From Nanobdellati archaeon (GTDB taxonomy: Archaea > EX4484-52 > GLR71), in the NCBI GenBank assembly GCA_019429005.1, contig JAHYJR010000001.1:14271-78270 (forward strand): DNA of 64,000 nt, in the 5' to 3' direction. Position 1 is the first letter of the stretch; the number at the start of each line of letters is the position of its first letter. Below, piece after piece: positions 27,032 through 37,024 of the stretch. A model generated the notes under the pieces. The model saw only the letters and a program-made list of their open reading frames with translations. It had not been told where the DNA came from and made no database searches. Made by a program: the position numbers and the translations under genes.

Positions 27032-28851
27032 AAAAGGTTGAAATTATCGGGCTTAAAAAATACAAGGAAGATATAATCACAAAAATACAACATCTTAATG
27101 TATTACACATAAAAACATCAAATATATCCGAAACTAATGAAAATCCTTCAATAATAATACATAAAGTATTATCAAATCTCGAAAAGATACATGAAATAAA
27201 ACAATTATTAAAACTAAAACAAAATATGCTAAAAACCTTAATTGGAACTAAACACAAACAAATTGAACTTGATGGTTATACAGATAGTGCATTCACACAT
27301 AAATCTGAATTATTTATTAACAACATCCATAAAAAAACAAAAGATATAATTAAATCAAAAACAGAAATAACAAAATTTGAAGAAAATATTAAAAATGAAA
27401 TTAACTTATTAACATATTTTAAATCAATACACACAGACCAATTTCAAAAACAAGATACATCACAAATTATAAAGGGTTTTGGTATTGTAAAGGTCAGAGA
27501 TCTTAGAGAAATTAAAAAACATATAGTTATCAAGATTACAAGAATGGATGAAGATAACATATATATTGCATTTAATGCTCTTAAATCCAATTGGGATAAA
27601 TATAAAACAAAAATCAAAATAATAAAAACAACATATAATGTTATGCCACTTGTAGCAATAGAATACCTTAAACAAGATTTATTAGATATTGACAACAAAA
27701 AAATAGAAAATAAAAATCTAATTGAAACAATAAGAAAAAAAGAAGATATGATCCTAGCTATAGAAGAAAGATGGCAAAACATAAAAACTCGTATTCGTTC
27801 TGAAAGACACATGGGCTGCACAGATAAAACATTTATAATAGAAGGTTGGGCACCTCAAGATAAGATAAATCAAATACACAAAATACCAAACATAGTCTTA
27901 TCAATACAAGATACAGAGGATACTGAAACACCGATTAAACTAGAACATAATAAACTAATAAAACCCTTTGAAAAACTAACACAATGGTTTGCACTCCCAA
28001 AATATAATGATATTGACCCAACATTATTTATTGCAATTGCATTCCCTTTATTTTTTGGTATAATTGTTGCAGACATCGCTTATGGCATCATCATCCTTTT
28101 ACTATCAACAGCACTTTTCATGAAAACATCAAAAGATACTATAAAAGACATATCAAAGATTATCATGACATCCTCTATAATCGCAATATTTTTTGGCATA
28201 TTATTTGGTAGCTTTTTTGGAAACTTATTGAGCTTTAAATCCCTATTTAACGCAATGAAAAACCCAATACAAATCATGATTTTTTCACTCTTATTAGGCT
28301 TTATTCACACAAATATGGGTTTAGTACTTGGCGTTATTTCAAGTTTCAAAAATAAAAATTATCCTAGACTTATAGATAGTATATCTTGGTTATGTCTTGA
28401 AATTGGACTTATAATATATATATTAACAAAAACATCAACAATTCCAATTATATACACTTATATAAGTCTCACACTTATCACAATCACAATACTAAATCAA
28501 ACACGAAAAGGTATTAGTGGAATAATAGAAATTCCTGGATTTATTGCATCATGGATATCTTACATCAGACTTATGGCATTAACTGTTGCAACTGCATGGC
28601 TTGCTTTTGTAGTAAACCTTGTTGCAATATCATTATCAGACATTTCAATCGTACTTGCCTCAATACCATTTATAATAGGTCACGCATTCATAACAATTAC
28701 AAATCTCATATCCGCATTTGTACATTCCTTAAGACTCAATTATGTTGAATTTTTCAACAGATTCTATGAAGGTGGTGGTAAAGAATATAAACCGCTGAAA
28801 CTAAATAATAAATATCATAAGATTAATGGTGAAAATAATGGTTGTAGCTGA
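27010..28851 (+). CDS. atpI: A-type ATP synthase subunit I (a-subunit)
   Basis: N-terminus MLKPSRMKKVEIIGLKK (typical P..M.KV.I.G start), a soluble N-terminal half and a C-terminal membrane domain of about 7 TM helices. 613 aa. Confidence 0.8.
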   Translation: MLKPSRMKKVEIIGLKKYKEDIITKIQHLNVLHIKTSNISETNENPSIIIHKVLSNLEKIHEIKQLLKLKQNMLKTLIGTKHKQIELDGYTDSAFTHKSELFINNIHKKTKDIIKSKTEITKFEENIKNEINLLTYFKSIHTDQFQKQDTSQIIKGFGIVKVRDLREIKKHIVIKITRMDEDNIYIAFNALKSNWDKYKTKIKIIKTTYNVMPLVAIEYLKQDLLDIDNKKIENKNLIETIRKKEDMILAIEERWQNIKTRIRSERHMGCTDKTFIIEGWAPQDKINQIHKIPNIVLSIQDTEDTETPIKLEHNKLIKPFEKLTQWFALPKYNDIDPTLFIAIAFPLFFGIIVADIAYGIIILLLSTALFMKTSKDTIKDISKIIMTSSIIAIFFGILFGSFFGNLLSFKSLFNAMKNPIQIMIFSLLLGFIHTNMGLVLGVISSFKNKNYPRLIDSISWLCLEIGLIIYILTKTSTIPIIYTYISLTLITITILNQTRKGISGIIEIPGFIASWISYIRLMALTVATAWLAFVVNLVAISLSDISIVLASIPFIIGHAFITITNLISAFVHSLRLNYVEFFNRFYEGGGKEYKPLKLNNKYHKINGENNGCS

Positions 28852-29080
28852 AATTGGCCTTATATCAATCGGTGCAGGTCTTGCCGTAGGTATTGCGGCA
28901 GCAGGTTCTGGTATTGGGCAAGGTATGGCTGTTGCAGCTGCAATTGGTGCAACTGCTGAAAATGAAAACATGTTTGGTAAAGCATTAGCAATGGCTGCCC
29001 TTACAGAAACACAAGCACTATATGGTTTCACTATTGCAATAATACTAATTGTGTTTGGTTTTGGTCTAGTTGTAGTATAA
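28826..29080 (+). CDS. atpK: A-type ATP synthase subunit K (proteolipid c)
   Basis: IGAGLAVGIAAAGSGIGQGMAVAAAIGATAENE...LTETQALYGFTIAIIL is a two-helix proteolipid hairpin with the conserved carboxylate. Confidence 0.85.
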   Translation: MVKIMVVAEIGLISIGAGLAVGIAAAGSGIGQGMAVAAAIGATAENENMFGKALAMAALTETQALYGFTIAIILIVFGFGLVVV

Positions 29081-29111
29081 ACTAAAACAAAATCTAAAGA
29101 CTTAAACAGAT

Positions 29112-29663
29112 GTGATTCTATTGAATTTTGAACAACTAATAGATGATTTAAAAAAAGAAGATTCTTTTAAAAAAAATAATCTACATTTCAAACACCTTAA
29201 AGATATGGATCAAATAAAAACAGAATTCATAAATAAAAAAAGAACACTTAGAGACAAACTAATTCTTGAAAAGACAAAAACAGCAGCTAAAACAGAAAAA
29301 AGTGACATAAGTAGCGCAAAAATTGAATCAAAAAAAACAATCCTTAAAGAAAAGAAAACAATAATTAACAATATAATAGAAAACGGAATTAAACAAACAA
29401 TACAATCTCAAGAATACATTGATTTTATTAGATTCACTATAGACAATAATGGTTTTGACGACAATACACAAATACTAATAAATGATAATGATAATGCACT
29501 TAAAAACATACTTTCAGAAAAAGGAATCACCACAATACCAACAAACATCAAAGGCGGATTAATTATTATGAAAGATAAAATCTCGTTAAACAAAAGCTTA
29601 GATGTAATTATTGAAAAAAACCGTGTACTTCTCGAAAAAGAACTAAGTCATATACTTTTCTAA
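29112..29663 (+). CDS. atpE: A-type ATP synthase subunit E
   Basis: 183 aa, coiled-coil N-terminal half plus a globular C-terminal half, at the correct operon position. GTG start. Confidence 0.6.
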   Translation: MILLNFEQLIDDLKKEDSFKKNNLHFKHLKDMDQIKTEFINKKRTLRDKLILEKTKTAAKTEKSDISSAKIESKKTILKEKKTIINNIIENGIKQTIQSQEYIDFIRFTIDNNGFDDNTQILINDNDNALKNILSEKGITTIPTNIKGGLIIMKDKISLNKSLDVIIEKNRVLLEKELSHILF

Positions 29664-30219
29664 ATACACATTATAAAATTAGAAATAATAATATACAAGT
29701 CTTAAAGATTATTATAAAAAAGATATATTATAAGAGAGAAATGATTATATAAGATTAAAAACTATTTAATAATTAGTGGTTAGGTGCTTGGAAAAAAGTC
29801 CTTAGAGATTATCTTTACTCATGATTGTTTGCTTTCCGTTCACCTAATCCAGGGTCTACAATATAATTAAATATTAAATCTGAATTCGTACTTACTTCTC
29901 AAATTAACCTTTAACTATTAAATTAAATATTTTAAAAAAGATATACCTTACTATAAAAATAAGTAAAGATATTTATTGATGTGACTATAAAATAATTAAT
30001 AGATTACAATGACAAACGAAGATTTCCACAAGGTACAACTTGAAACCATAATAATCAGTATTAAGAAAGAAATAAAACGCCTTGAAAAACAACTTGAAGA
30101 ACTTGAAACAAAAATGGATCTTTATTGTAAAAAAAATAAAACAGATAAAAAAAGTAATTTAAAAATAAATAAAAAAACGAACTAATATCAATATATACTC
30201 TTCAATTCTAATATATATT

Positions 30220-31080
30220 ATGCTATTTCAGCTCCAATATGCATCTTCGAGAGTCCGTGCCCTTAGAGGTCAACTTTTTAAACAAGATGAACTAAAAAAG
30301 ATACAATCTGCAAAAACCAAAGAAGAGCTAATTTCTAACCTAAATCGTGAAATATACGAGAATATCTTTACAAAAACAGATATAATACAGATTGAATCAT
30401 ATCTAGATTTAGAACTTGTAAACACAATAGAAAAAATAACGCAATTTTTACCTGAAAAGTTCAAAGAGGATTTCAATATATACATTTTACGTTGGGACTT
30501 ATACAATATAAAACTCATGTTACGTGGTTTATATGCAAACATAGATTATAATATTATCAAAAAAGATTTTATTCAAACAGGTGCTATTTGGAATTTGGTA
30601 GAACATAATTTTCCAAAAGACATAGACTCTATAAAAACAGCTATCATGGATAGTATATGGAAAACTTGTATAATTGACGCAATTACAAAATATAACAATA
30701 CAAAACAAATAAGAGATGCAGAACAAATTCTTGATACAACATATATATCGTTAATTAATAGAATAAAAACACAAACACTTAAAGAATATATGTTAGCTGA
30801 AATAATTATGAAAGATACACTTACAATTATTAGATCTCAAGATAAAAACATAAACATAGGAAATCAATTATTCATATTAAAACACAAAGAAATACCAAAA
30901 CACCTTGAACATATAAAAAACAATGACCCTGAAACAAATATAGAACTTGAACTTACAAAAATATCAAAAACAAAACTTATGATTGACCCTTTCGGAATTG
31001 GACTATACATCGATTATATCAGACAAAAAGAAATTGAAATAAAAACATTAAAACATGCCGCTCAAAAATTTTGGAACTGA
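30220..31080 (+). CDS. atpC: A-type ATP synthase subunit C (V-type d homolog), shortened
   Basis: N-terminus MLFQLQYASSRVRALRGQL matches the subunit C start (YAY.NaRvRam...L). 286 aa is shorter than the typical ~340-370 aa. Confidence 0.65.
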   Translation: MLFQLQYASSRVRALRGQLFKQDELKKIQSAKTKEELISNLNREIYENIFTKTDIIQIESYLDLELVNTIEKITQFLPEKFKEDFNIYILRWDLYNIKLMLRGLYANIDYNIIKKDFIQTGAIWNLVEHNFPKDIDSIKTAIMDSIWKTCIIDAITKYNNTKQIRDAEQILDTTYISLINRIKTQTLKEYMLAEIIMKDTLTIIRSQDKNINIGNQLFILKHKEIPKHLEHIKNNDPETNIELELTKISKTKLMIDPFGIGLYIDYIRQKEIEIKTLKHAAQKFWN

Positions 31081-31088
31081 TGATAACT

Positions 31089-31295
31089 ATGATTTGTATA
31101 ATTGGAAACACAAAAATTGCAGCAGGATTTAATCTTGCAGGTATAAAAAATACATATAATTCAATTAATGAAATAAAAGACGAAACTATAATCATTATCG
31201 AAGAAGATATAGCCGAAAACGAAAAAGAATTAATAGGTCAACTTACATCAGACAAAATTATAATTACACTCCCAAAAAAACAAATAATTAACTAG
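31089..31295 (+). CDS. atpF: A-type ATP synthase subunit F (short form)
   Basis: MICIIGNTKIAAGFNLAGI matches the subunit F N-terminus (MKIAVIGD...GFRLAGI). ORF-track start 31071 is TTG; ATG at 31089 gives 68 aa. Confidence 0.6.
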   Translation: MICIIGNTKIAAGFNLAGIKNTYNSINEIKDETIIIIEEDIAENEKELIGQLTSDKIIITLPKKQIIN

Positions 31296-31305
31296 AATAA
31301 TTAAA

Positions 31306-31436
31306 AAATAACACAAATACAATAATCAATACAATAACACAAATACAATAATCAATACAATAACACAAATACAATAATCAATACAATAACACAAATACAA
31401 TAATCAATACAATAACACAAATACAATAATCAATAT
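31306..31436. repeat. Tandem direct repeat, about 4.9 copies of a 26-bp unit aacacaaatacaataatcaatacaat, inside the ATP synthase operon between atpF and atpA
   Basis: Copies start at 31310, 31336, 31362, 31388 and 31414 (the last is partial), perfect. Confidence 0.9.
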
Positions 31437-31456
31437 GTACATCCTAGGTAATATCT

Positions 31457-33175
31457 ATGTCAGGCAAAATAAAACGAATTGTTGGTCAAACAATTGAAGC
31501 AAAGGACATGCGTGGATGTAGAATGTTGGACCAGGTCACAATTGGTGAAATTGGTCTTATTGGTGAAATAATAAAAATCCATGAAGATGTTGCATATATC
31601 CAGACATTTGAAGATACAACAGGACTTAAAATTGGTGATATTGTTGAAACAAAGAATGAACCACTTACAGCAGAACTAGGTCCGGGTCTTATAGGATCAA
31701 TCTTTGATGGAATACAAAGACCTTTAAACAAAATAGGTAATTTTATTGAACGTGGAGAACGACCTAACGCACTTAACAATAACCAAAAATGGACAATTAA
31801 AAAAATAAAAGAAGGTCAAACCAAAACAGGAGAAATAATTGCAACCCTAAATGAAACAAGCCTCATCGAATACAGAATACTTGCACCAAAAGACGGTATT
31901 GTTGAAATAAATGAAGGCGAATACACACTTGATGAAACCTTTGGAAAACTAATTACAAATGATGGAAATACAGAAGAATTAACACTCAGAAAAAGAATTC
32001 CAATAAATCATAGAACAAAAATTAAAAAACTTGTACCAACCGAACTTCTTATAACCGGACAAAGAGTACTTGACACACTTTTCCCACTAACCAAAGGTGG
32101 AAGTGCTGCATTGCCAGGAGGATTCGGTGCAGGAAAAACAATAACAACACAAGAAATTGCAAAATGGGCTGATGTTGATATAATTGTAATGGCTTTAATT
32201 GGGGAACGTGGCAATGAATGTGCAGATGTATTAAACACATTTCCAAAAATAAAGGACATCAAAACACAAAAAAGCATAATGGAAAAAAGCATAATAATAG
32301 CAAACACATCAAATATGCCTGTAGCTGCACGAATATCCTCAATATACCTTGCAACAACAATATGTGAACACTACAGAAATATGGGTTATAATATCTTACT
32401 CATAACAGATTCAACCTCTCGTTGGGCTGAAGCAATGCGTGAAATTTCAGGAAAACTTGAAGAAATGCCAGGTGAAGAAGGTTACCCTGTATATCTGGCA
32501 TCAAAAATTGCAGAATTCTATGAAAAAGCAGGTGTAATAGAAACCCAATTCAACACAACAGGATCCATAACAATTATTGGTGCAGTATCCCCACCTGGCG
32601 GTGATTTCTCAGAACCCGTAACACAGGCAACAAAAAATGTAATCAAATGTTTGTGGGCTTTAAACACAGAACTTGCCTATAGACGACATTACCCTTCAGT
32701 TGATTGGATGGTAAGTTATTCAAATTACAATGAAAATCTAAATATGGATTTAAAATTCAAAGGCTGGAATCGCCTTAGAAACAAAATAGTGAATCTGTTG
32801 CAAGATGAAAAAGAGATTGAAACTGTTGTCCGCCTTGTAGGTTACGATTCGTTGCCAAATAACGAAAAATTTCTTCTTGAAGTCACAAAACTTTTCAGAG
32901 AAAACTTTTTACAGCAAGATGCATTCTCAAAAGTAGATGCATTCTGTCCACTTAAAAAACAATATGAAATGTTAAAAATATTTATAAATTATTATGAGGC
33001 TGGAATTATAGCAATGAAACATGAAAAAGATATAGAATATGTACTAAATCCAAACATTGTAGATAAAATTGCACGAATGAAATTTGAAGAACAAAATGAA
33101 TTTCCAGAAATAAATAACTTAATCAAAAACACACTTTTTGAAGAAGAAACAAAAATTGAATGGCTTGGAAATTAA
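31457..33175 (+). CDS. atpA: A-type ATP synthase catalytic subunit A
   Basis: P-loop PGGFGAGKT and the non-homologous insertion region typical of A/V-type A subunits. 572 aa, no intein. Confidence 0.9.
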   Translation: MSGKIKRIVGQTIEAKDMRGCRMLDQVTIGEIGLIGEIIKIHEDVAYIQTFEDTTGLKIGDIVETKNEPLTAELGPGLIGSIFDGIQRPLNKIGNFIERGERPNALNNNQKWTIKKIKEGQTKTGEIIATLNETSLIEYRILAPKDGIVEINEGEYTLDETFGKLITNDGNTEELTLRKRIPINHRTKIKKLVPTELLITGQRVLDTLFPLTKGGSAALPGGFGAGKTITTQEIAKWADVDIIVMALIGERGNECADVLNTFPKIKDIKTQKSIMEKSIIIANTSNMPVAARISSIYLATTICEHYRNMGYNILLITDSTSRWAEAMREISGKLEEMPGEEGYPVYLASKIAEFYEKAGVIETQFNTTGSITIIGAVSPPGGDFSEPVTQATKNVIKCLWALNTELAYRRHYPSVDWMVSYSNYNENLNMDLKFKGWNRLRNKIVNLLQDEKEIETVVRLVGYDSLPNNEKFLLEVTKLFRENFLQQDAFSKVDAFCPLKKQYEMLKIFINYYEAGIIAMKHEKDIEYVLNPNIVDKIARMKFEEQNEFPEINNLIKNTLFEEETKIEWLGN

Positions 33176-33210
33176 AAAATAAAGTTATAACTAAAAAAAA
33201 GATGATAACA

Positions 33211-34554
33211 ATGAAAGAATACAGCACAGTCTCAAAGGTTAAAGGACCACTTATAATACTAAAAAACACAGAAAATGTAGGTTATAATGAGATTGTAAAA
33301 ATCATAACGCCTGCGGGAGTTGAAAAACTAGGGCAGGTTCTTGAACTTAATGAAGATCTTACAATAATAGAAGTTTTCGAAGGTACAACAGGCATAGATA
33401 CAGATAAAACAAAAGTTCGTTTTATTGGTGGTAATTTTAAACATCCTGTCTCTAAAGACATGGTTGGTGGTATTTTTGATGGTCTTGGACGACCTATAGA
33501 TTTTGAAATCATAGCAGAAAAAGAAATAGACATAAACGGTGCACCAATAAATCCAACAATACGAGATGTGCCTACAGAATTTATAGAAACCAAAATCTCA
33601 GCAATAGATGGACTTTTTAGTCTTGTAAAAGGTCAAAAACTCCCAATTTTTTCAGAAGAAGGTTTACCGCATAATAAACTAGCAACAAAAATCGCTGAAC
33701 AACTTGATGATGGCATATTAGTTATCTTTGGAGCAATTGGTATTACAAACGAAGAATTACATTATTTCACAAATGAATTTAAAAAAGCCGGAGCTCTTGA
33801 AAACATAATCGTTTTTGCAAATCTTGCAGATGACCCTGTAATAGAACGTGTCGTAACACCAAGAATCGCACTCGCAACTGCTGAATATTTCGCATGGGAA
33901 CTTGGACGTGATGTAGTAGTTATTTTATCAGACATAACGGCATATGCAAACGGATTACGTGAACTTTCCGCAGCAAAAGAAGAAATACCTGGAAAACGTG
34001 GATACCCGCCATACCTTTATACAGACCTCGCAACAATATTTGAACGCGCTGGTATAATAAAAGGTAAAAAAGGAAGTATAACACAAATACCTATCATAAC
34101 AATGCCTGAAGGTGATATTACCCACCCTATACCAGATCTTACAGGATACATTACAGAAGGTCAAATTATACTAAGTAATGCACTTTCAAGAAAAGGAATA
34201 TTTCCACCAATAAATATCATACCAAGCCTTTCAAGAATGATGCATAATGCAATTGGAACAGATAAAACGAGAGAAGACCACAAACAAGTATCTGATCAGA
34301 TTTATGCCGCATATACTAGAGGAAAAAAACTTGAAGAACTTAAAAAAATAATAGGTGAAGACGCTTTATCTGAAACAGATAGAAAATATCTTGAATTTGT
34401 CAAAAAAATCGAAGAAACGTTCATAAACCAAAAAGATAAAAGAACAATAAAAGACACACTTGATATTTCGTGGAACATACTTAGAATATTACCCAAAGAA
34501 GACCTTACAAAAATTGAAACGAAATATATAGACACATACTGGTACGCAAAATAA
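33211..34554 (+). CDS. atpB: A-type ATP synthase subunit B
   Basis: MKEYSTVSKVKGPLIIL start and conserved B-subunit core (ISAIDGLFSLVKGQKLPIFS, PGKRGYPPYLYTDLATIFERAG). ORF-track start 33160 overlaps atpA; ATG at 33211 gives the canonical N-terminus. Confidence 0.9.
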   Translation: MKEYSTVSKVKGPLIILKNTENVGYNEIVKIITPAGVEKLGQVLELNEDLTIIEVFEGTTGIDTDKTKVRFIGGNFKHPVSKDMVGGIFDGLGRPIDFEIIAEKEIDINGAPINPTIRDVPTEFIETKISAIDGLFSLVKGQKLPIFSEEGLPHNKLATKIAEQLDDGILVIFGAIGITNEELHYFTNEFKKAGALENIIVFANLADDPVIERVVTPRIALATAEYFAWELGRDVVVILSDITAYANGLRELSAAKEEIPGKRGYPPYLYTDLATIFERAGIIKGKKGSITQIPIITMPEGDITHPIPDLTGYITEGQIILSNALSRKGIFPPINIIPSLSRMMHNAIGTDKTREDHKQVSDQIYAAYTRGKKLEELKKIIGEDALSETDRKYLEFVKKIEETFINQKDKRTIKDTLDISWNILRILPKEDLTKIETKYIDTYWYAK

Positions 34555-34658
34555 AAAACAAGACACAATAACAAAGTTTACAAAACAATAAATCAAAGTA
34601 ATAAATTATACAAAATAAATATTAAAAACTAATTAATAACCTAAAACAAGATGATCTT

Positions 34659-35291
34659 ATGTCAATCCATGAAAACATAAAACCAACAAGAATGGAACTC
34701 AAAAACATTAAAGAACACCTTGAACTCACAACAAATGGATTTGAACTACTTAAAAATAAAAATGATGCGTTAATAAATGAACTATCAAATATTAGACGTG
34801 ATATAAACTCAAAAAAAAAAGAACTTCAAAATCAAATGAATGAAGCATATAATAACATCGATATTGCAAGTTCAAAACTAGGCCTAACAAACATAAAATA
34901 TCTTGCAGTATCAACAAATGATGCAAAAAACATAACACTCAAAGATAAAAAAATTATGGGTGTTAAAGTAAAACAAATCACTTTTGAAAAATTTGAGCGG
35001 AATTTTGTAGAACGCGGATACAATATATACGATTCAAACATAAGCCTTGATAATGCCGCACTTTCTTTTGAAAAAGCATTACCGCATATCCTTGAAATTG
35101 GAGAGAAAAAACATAATATAATAACAATTTCTGATGAAGTTAAAAAAACAAACAGAAAAGTTAATTCGCTTGAAAGCATAATTCTTCCAGAATTAAGAAA
35201 AACAATAAAAACAATAACTGGAAAAATTGCAGAAAGAGAACGTGAAGAATTCATTCGAATAAAAAAAGTAAAAAGTTGGATATCAAGATAA
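34659..35291 (+). CDS. atpD: A-type ATP synthase subunit D
   Basis: MSIHENIKPTRMELKNIKEHLELTTNGFELLKNKNDALI matches the subunit D N-terminus (v.PTRmeL..lK.rl..a..G..LLK.K.daL). 210 aa. Confidence 0.85.
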   Translation: MSIHENIKPTRMELKNIKEHLELTTNGFELLKNKNDALINELSNIRRDINSKKKELQNQMNEAYNNIDIASSKLGLTNIKYLAVSTNDAKNITLKDKKIMGVKVKQITFEKFERNFVERGYNIYDSNISLDNAALSFEKALPHILEIGEKKHNIITISDEVKKTNRKVNSLESIILPELRKTIKTITGKIAEREREEFIRIKKVKSWISR

Positions 35292-35305
35292 TCTTAATAT
35301 CATTA

Positions 35306-35656
35306 TCACTCTTGAAGACTTGATATTGCTTGAGCAAGATCACCTTCAAATTTATCTAAAGCCTCTTTTGCAACAGCTTCAGAAACATCTACAGTATCCA
35401 TAACAAGTTTTACATCTTCATCAGTAAATTTAGGACCACTTTCAATTTCTTCAGAACTTCTCTCAAAAGATTCACCAACAATCTGATAGGATTCCTGACC
35501 CATAGCTTTTACTTTAGAAACTTGAGGATCTTGTATAACTATCTCAGTACCACCCTTCAATTTAATTATTACTTCAGAAGCATCAAGATCTTTCATCTGC
35601 ATACCCATCTGTTGCATTGCTTTTTTCATCATTTTAGGATTCATGCCTGGTATCAT
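35306..35656 (-). CDS. nac: Nascent polypeptide-associated complex protein (archaeal NAC alpha)
   Basis: MIPGMNPKMMKKAMQQMGMQM...IVIQDPQVSKV...YQIVGE... plus a C-terminal UBA-like EDVKLVMDTVDVSEAVAKEALDKFEGDLAQAI. Confidence 0.85.
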   Translation of the reverse strand: MIPGMNPKMMKKAMQQMGMQMKDLDASEVIIKLKGGTEIVIQDPQVSKVKAMGQESYQIVGESFERSSEEIESGPKFTDEDVKLVMDTVDVSEAVAKEALDKFEGDLAQAISSLQE

Positions 35657-35765
35657 ATTATCACATATATACTTTATCTATAAATTTTATAAAAGTTCTC
35701 TAATCCGAATGACTAACCTTTGTGGTTCCTTTAACATATCACAAAATTAACACGATTTTAAAACT

Positions 35766-36995
35766 ATGTCAGATTTAATTATATACATAATATATTGTAT
35801 AATAGGATGTCTCACAGGCTGCATCACCGGCCTAATACCAGGAATACACACAAACACGATTGCATCAATACTTCTAGGATTATATTATACAAACAATTTT
35901 AATCCACTCACAACTTCAGCATTTATCGTTGGTGCTGCAGTATCACACACATTTCTAGATTTTATACCAGCCATTTTTCTTGGTGCCCCCGATAGTAACA
36001 CAGCACTAATTGTACTCCCTACACACAGAATGCTACTTAAAGGCCGAGGCTATGAAGCAATACTATTGAGTGTTACAGGCGGATTAATGGGTATCTTGAT
36101 ATTAACCTTATCTGCATACATCTTATTTACCTATATACCTCAAATATATATCGCAATAAGACCCTACATACATCTGATTCTCATACTGATAATGATTATA
36201 ATAATACACATATCAACAAATAGAAAAGCAACATTATTCATATTTATCTTATCAGGAATTCTCGGACTTGTATCCCTAAACACAAACCTTATCAACAAAA
36301 ATTTTGTCCTTCTCCCTATGTTTAGTGGACTTTTCGGATTAAGCAACCTAATACTAAGTTTTAATGAAACCTCAAACATACCAAAACAAACTACAAAAAC
36401 ATCTATTATTCTAAAAGATAATATTTATGGTGCTACTATTGGTGTTTTTGGTGGAACCATATCGGGTTTACTTCCAGGTCTTGGAACATCACAATGCAGT
36501 ATGATACTAAAAGAATTAGGATTTATTAAAAAAACAAAGATTTTCATAACAGTCCTTGGTTGTATCGGTACTATTGATATAATATTATCATTCATTTCAA
36601 TATATTTGATTGGAAATGCGAGAAGTGGTAGTGCAATAATAATCGAAAATATTATGAATACACTGACCTTTGACACTTTAGTTCTTTTTTGTGGGCTTGC
36701 ACTCATATCTGCAGGATTATCCGCAATAATAACAATGTATATTGGTCAACATGCAGCAAAACTTGTTGAAAATATAAACTACCAAAAAATGACAGCATCA
36801 GTCATAATACTAATAATATTAATAACAATACTTTTCAGCAGACTATATGGTTTAATACTCCTAATAAGTTCAACAGCCTTAGGTATTGCAACAAAAAAAA
36901 TGAAAGTCAAAGTCAGTATACTTATGGGGTGTCTAATAATACCAACAATATTATATTTCTCTGGATACTTATACATAATACTCAAAATATTCTAA
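35766..36995 (+). CDS. TctA/DUF112-family integral membrane protein (tripartite tricarboxylate transporter large-subunit-like)
   Basis: GCITGLIPGIHTNTIASILL and a second ISGLLPGLGTSQCSMIL repeat resemble the duplicated TctA motif (G.lPGig.). 409 aa, polytopic. Confidence 0.45.
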   Translation: MSDLIIYIIYCIIGCLTGCITGLIPGIHTNTIASILLGLYYTNNFNPLTTSAFIVGAAVSHTFLDFIPAIFLGAPDSNTALIVLPTHRMLLKGRGYEAILLSVTGGLMGILILTLSAYILFTYIPQIYIAIRPYIHLILILIMIIIIHISTNRKATLFIFILSGILGLVSLNTNLINKNFVLLPMFSGLFGLSNLILSFNETSNIPKQTTKTSIILKDNIYGATIGVFGGTISGLLPGLGTSQCSMILKELGFIKKTKIFITVLGCIGTIDIILSFISIYLIGNARSGSAIIIENIMNTLTFDTLVLFCGLALISAGLSAIITMYIGQHAAKLVENINYQKMTASVIILIILITILFSRLYGLILLISSTALGIATKKMKVKVSILMGCLIIPTILYFSGYLYIILKIF

Positions 36996-37024
36996 ATAAC
37001 TATACTACAATTGGTGTTAATCAA

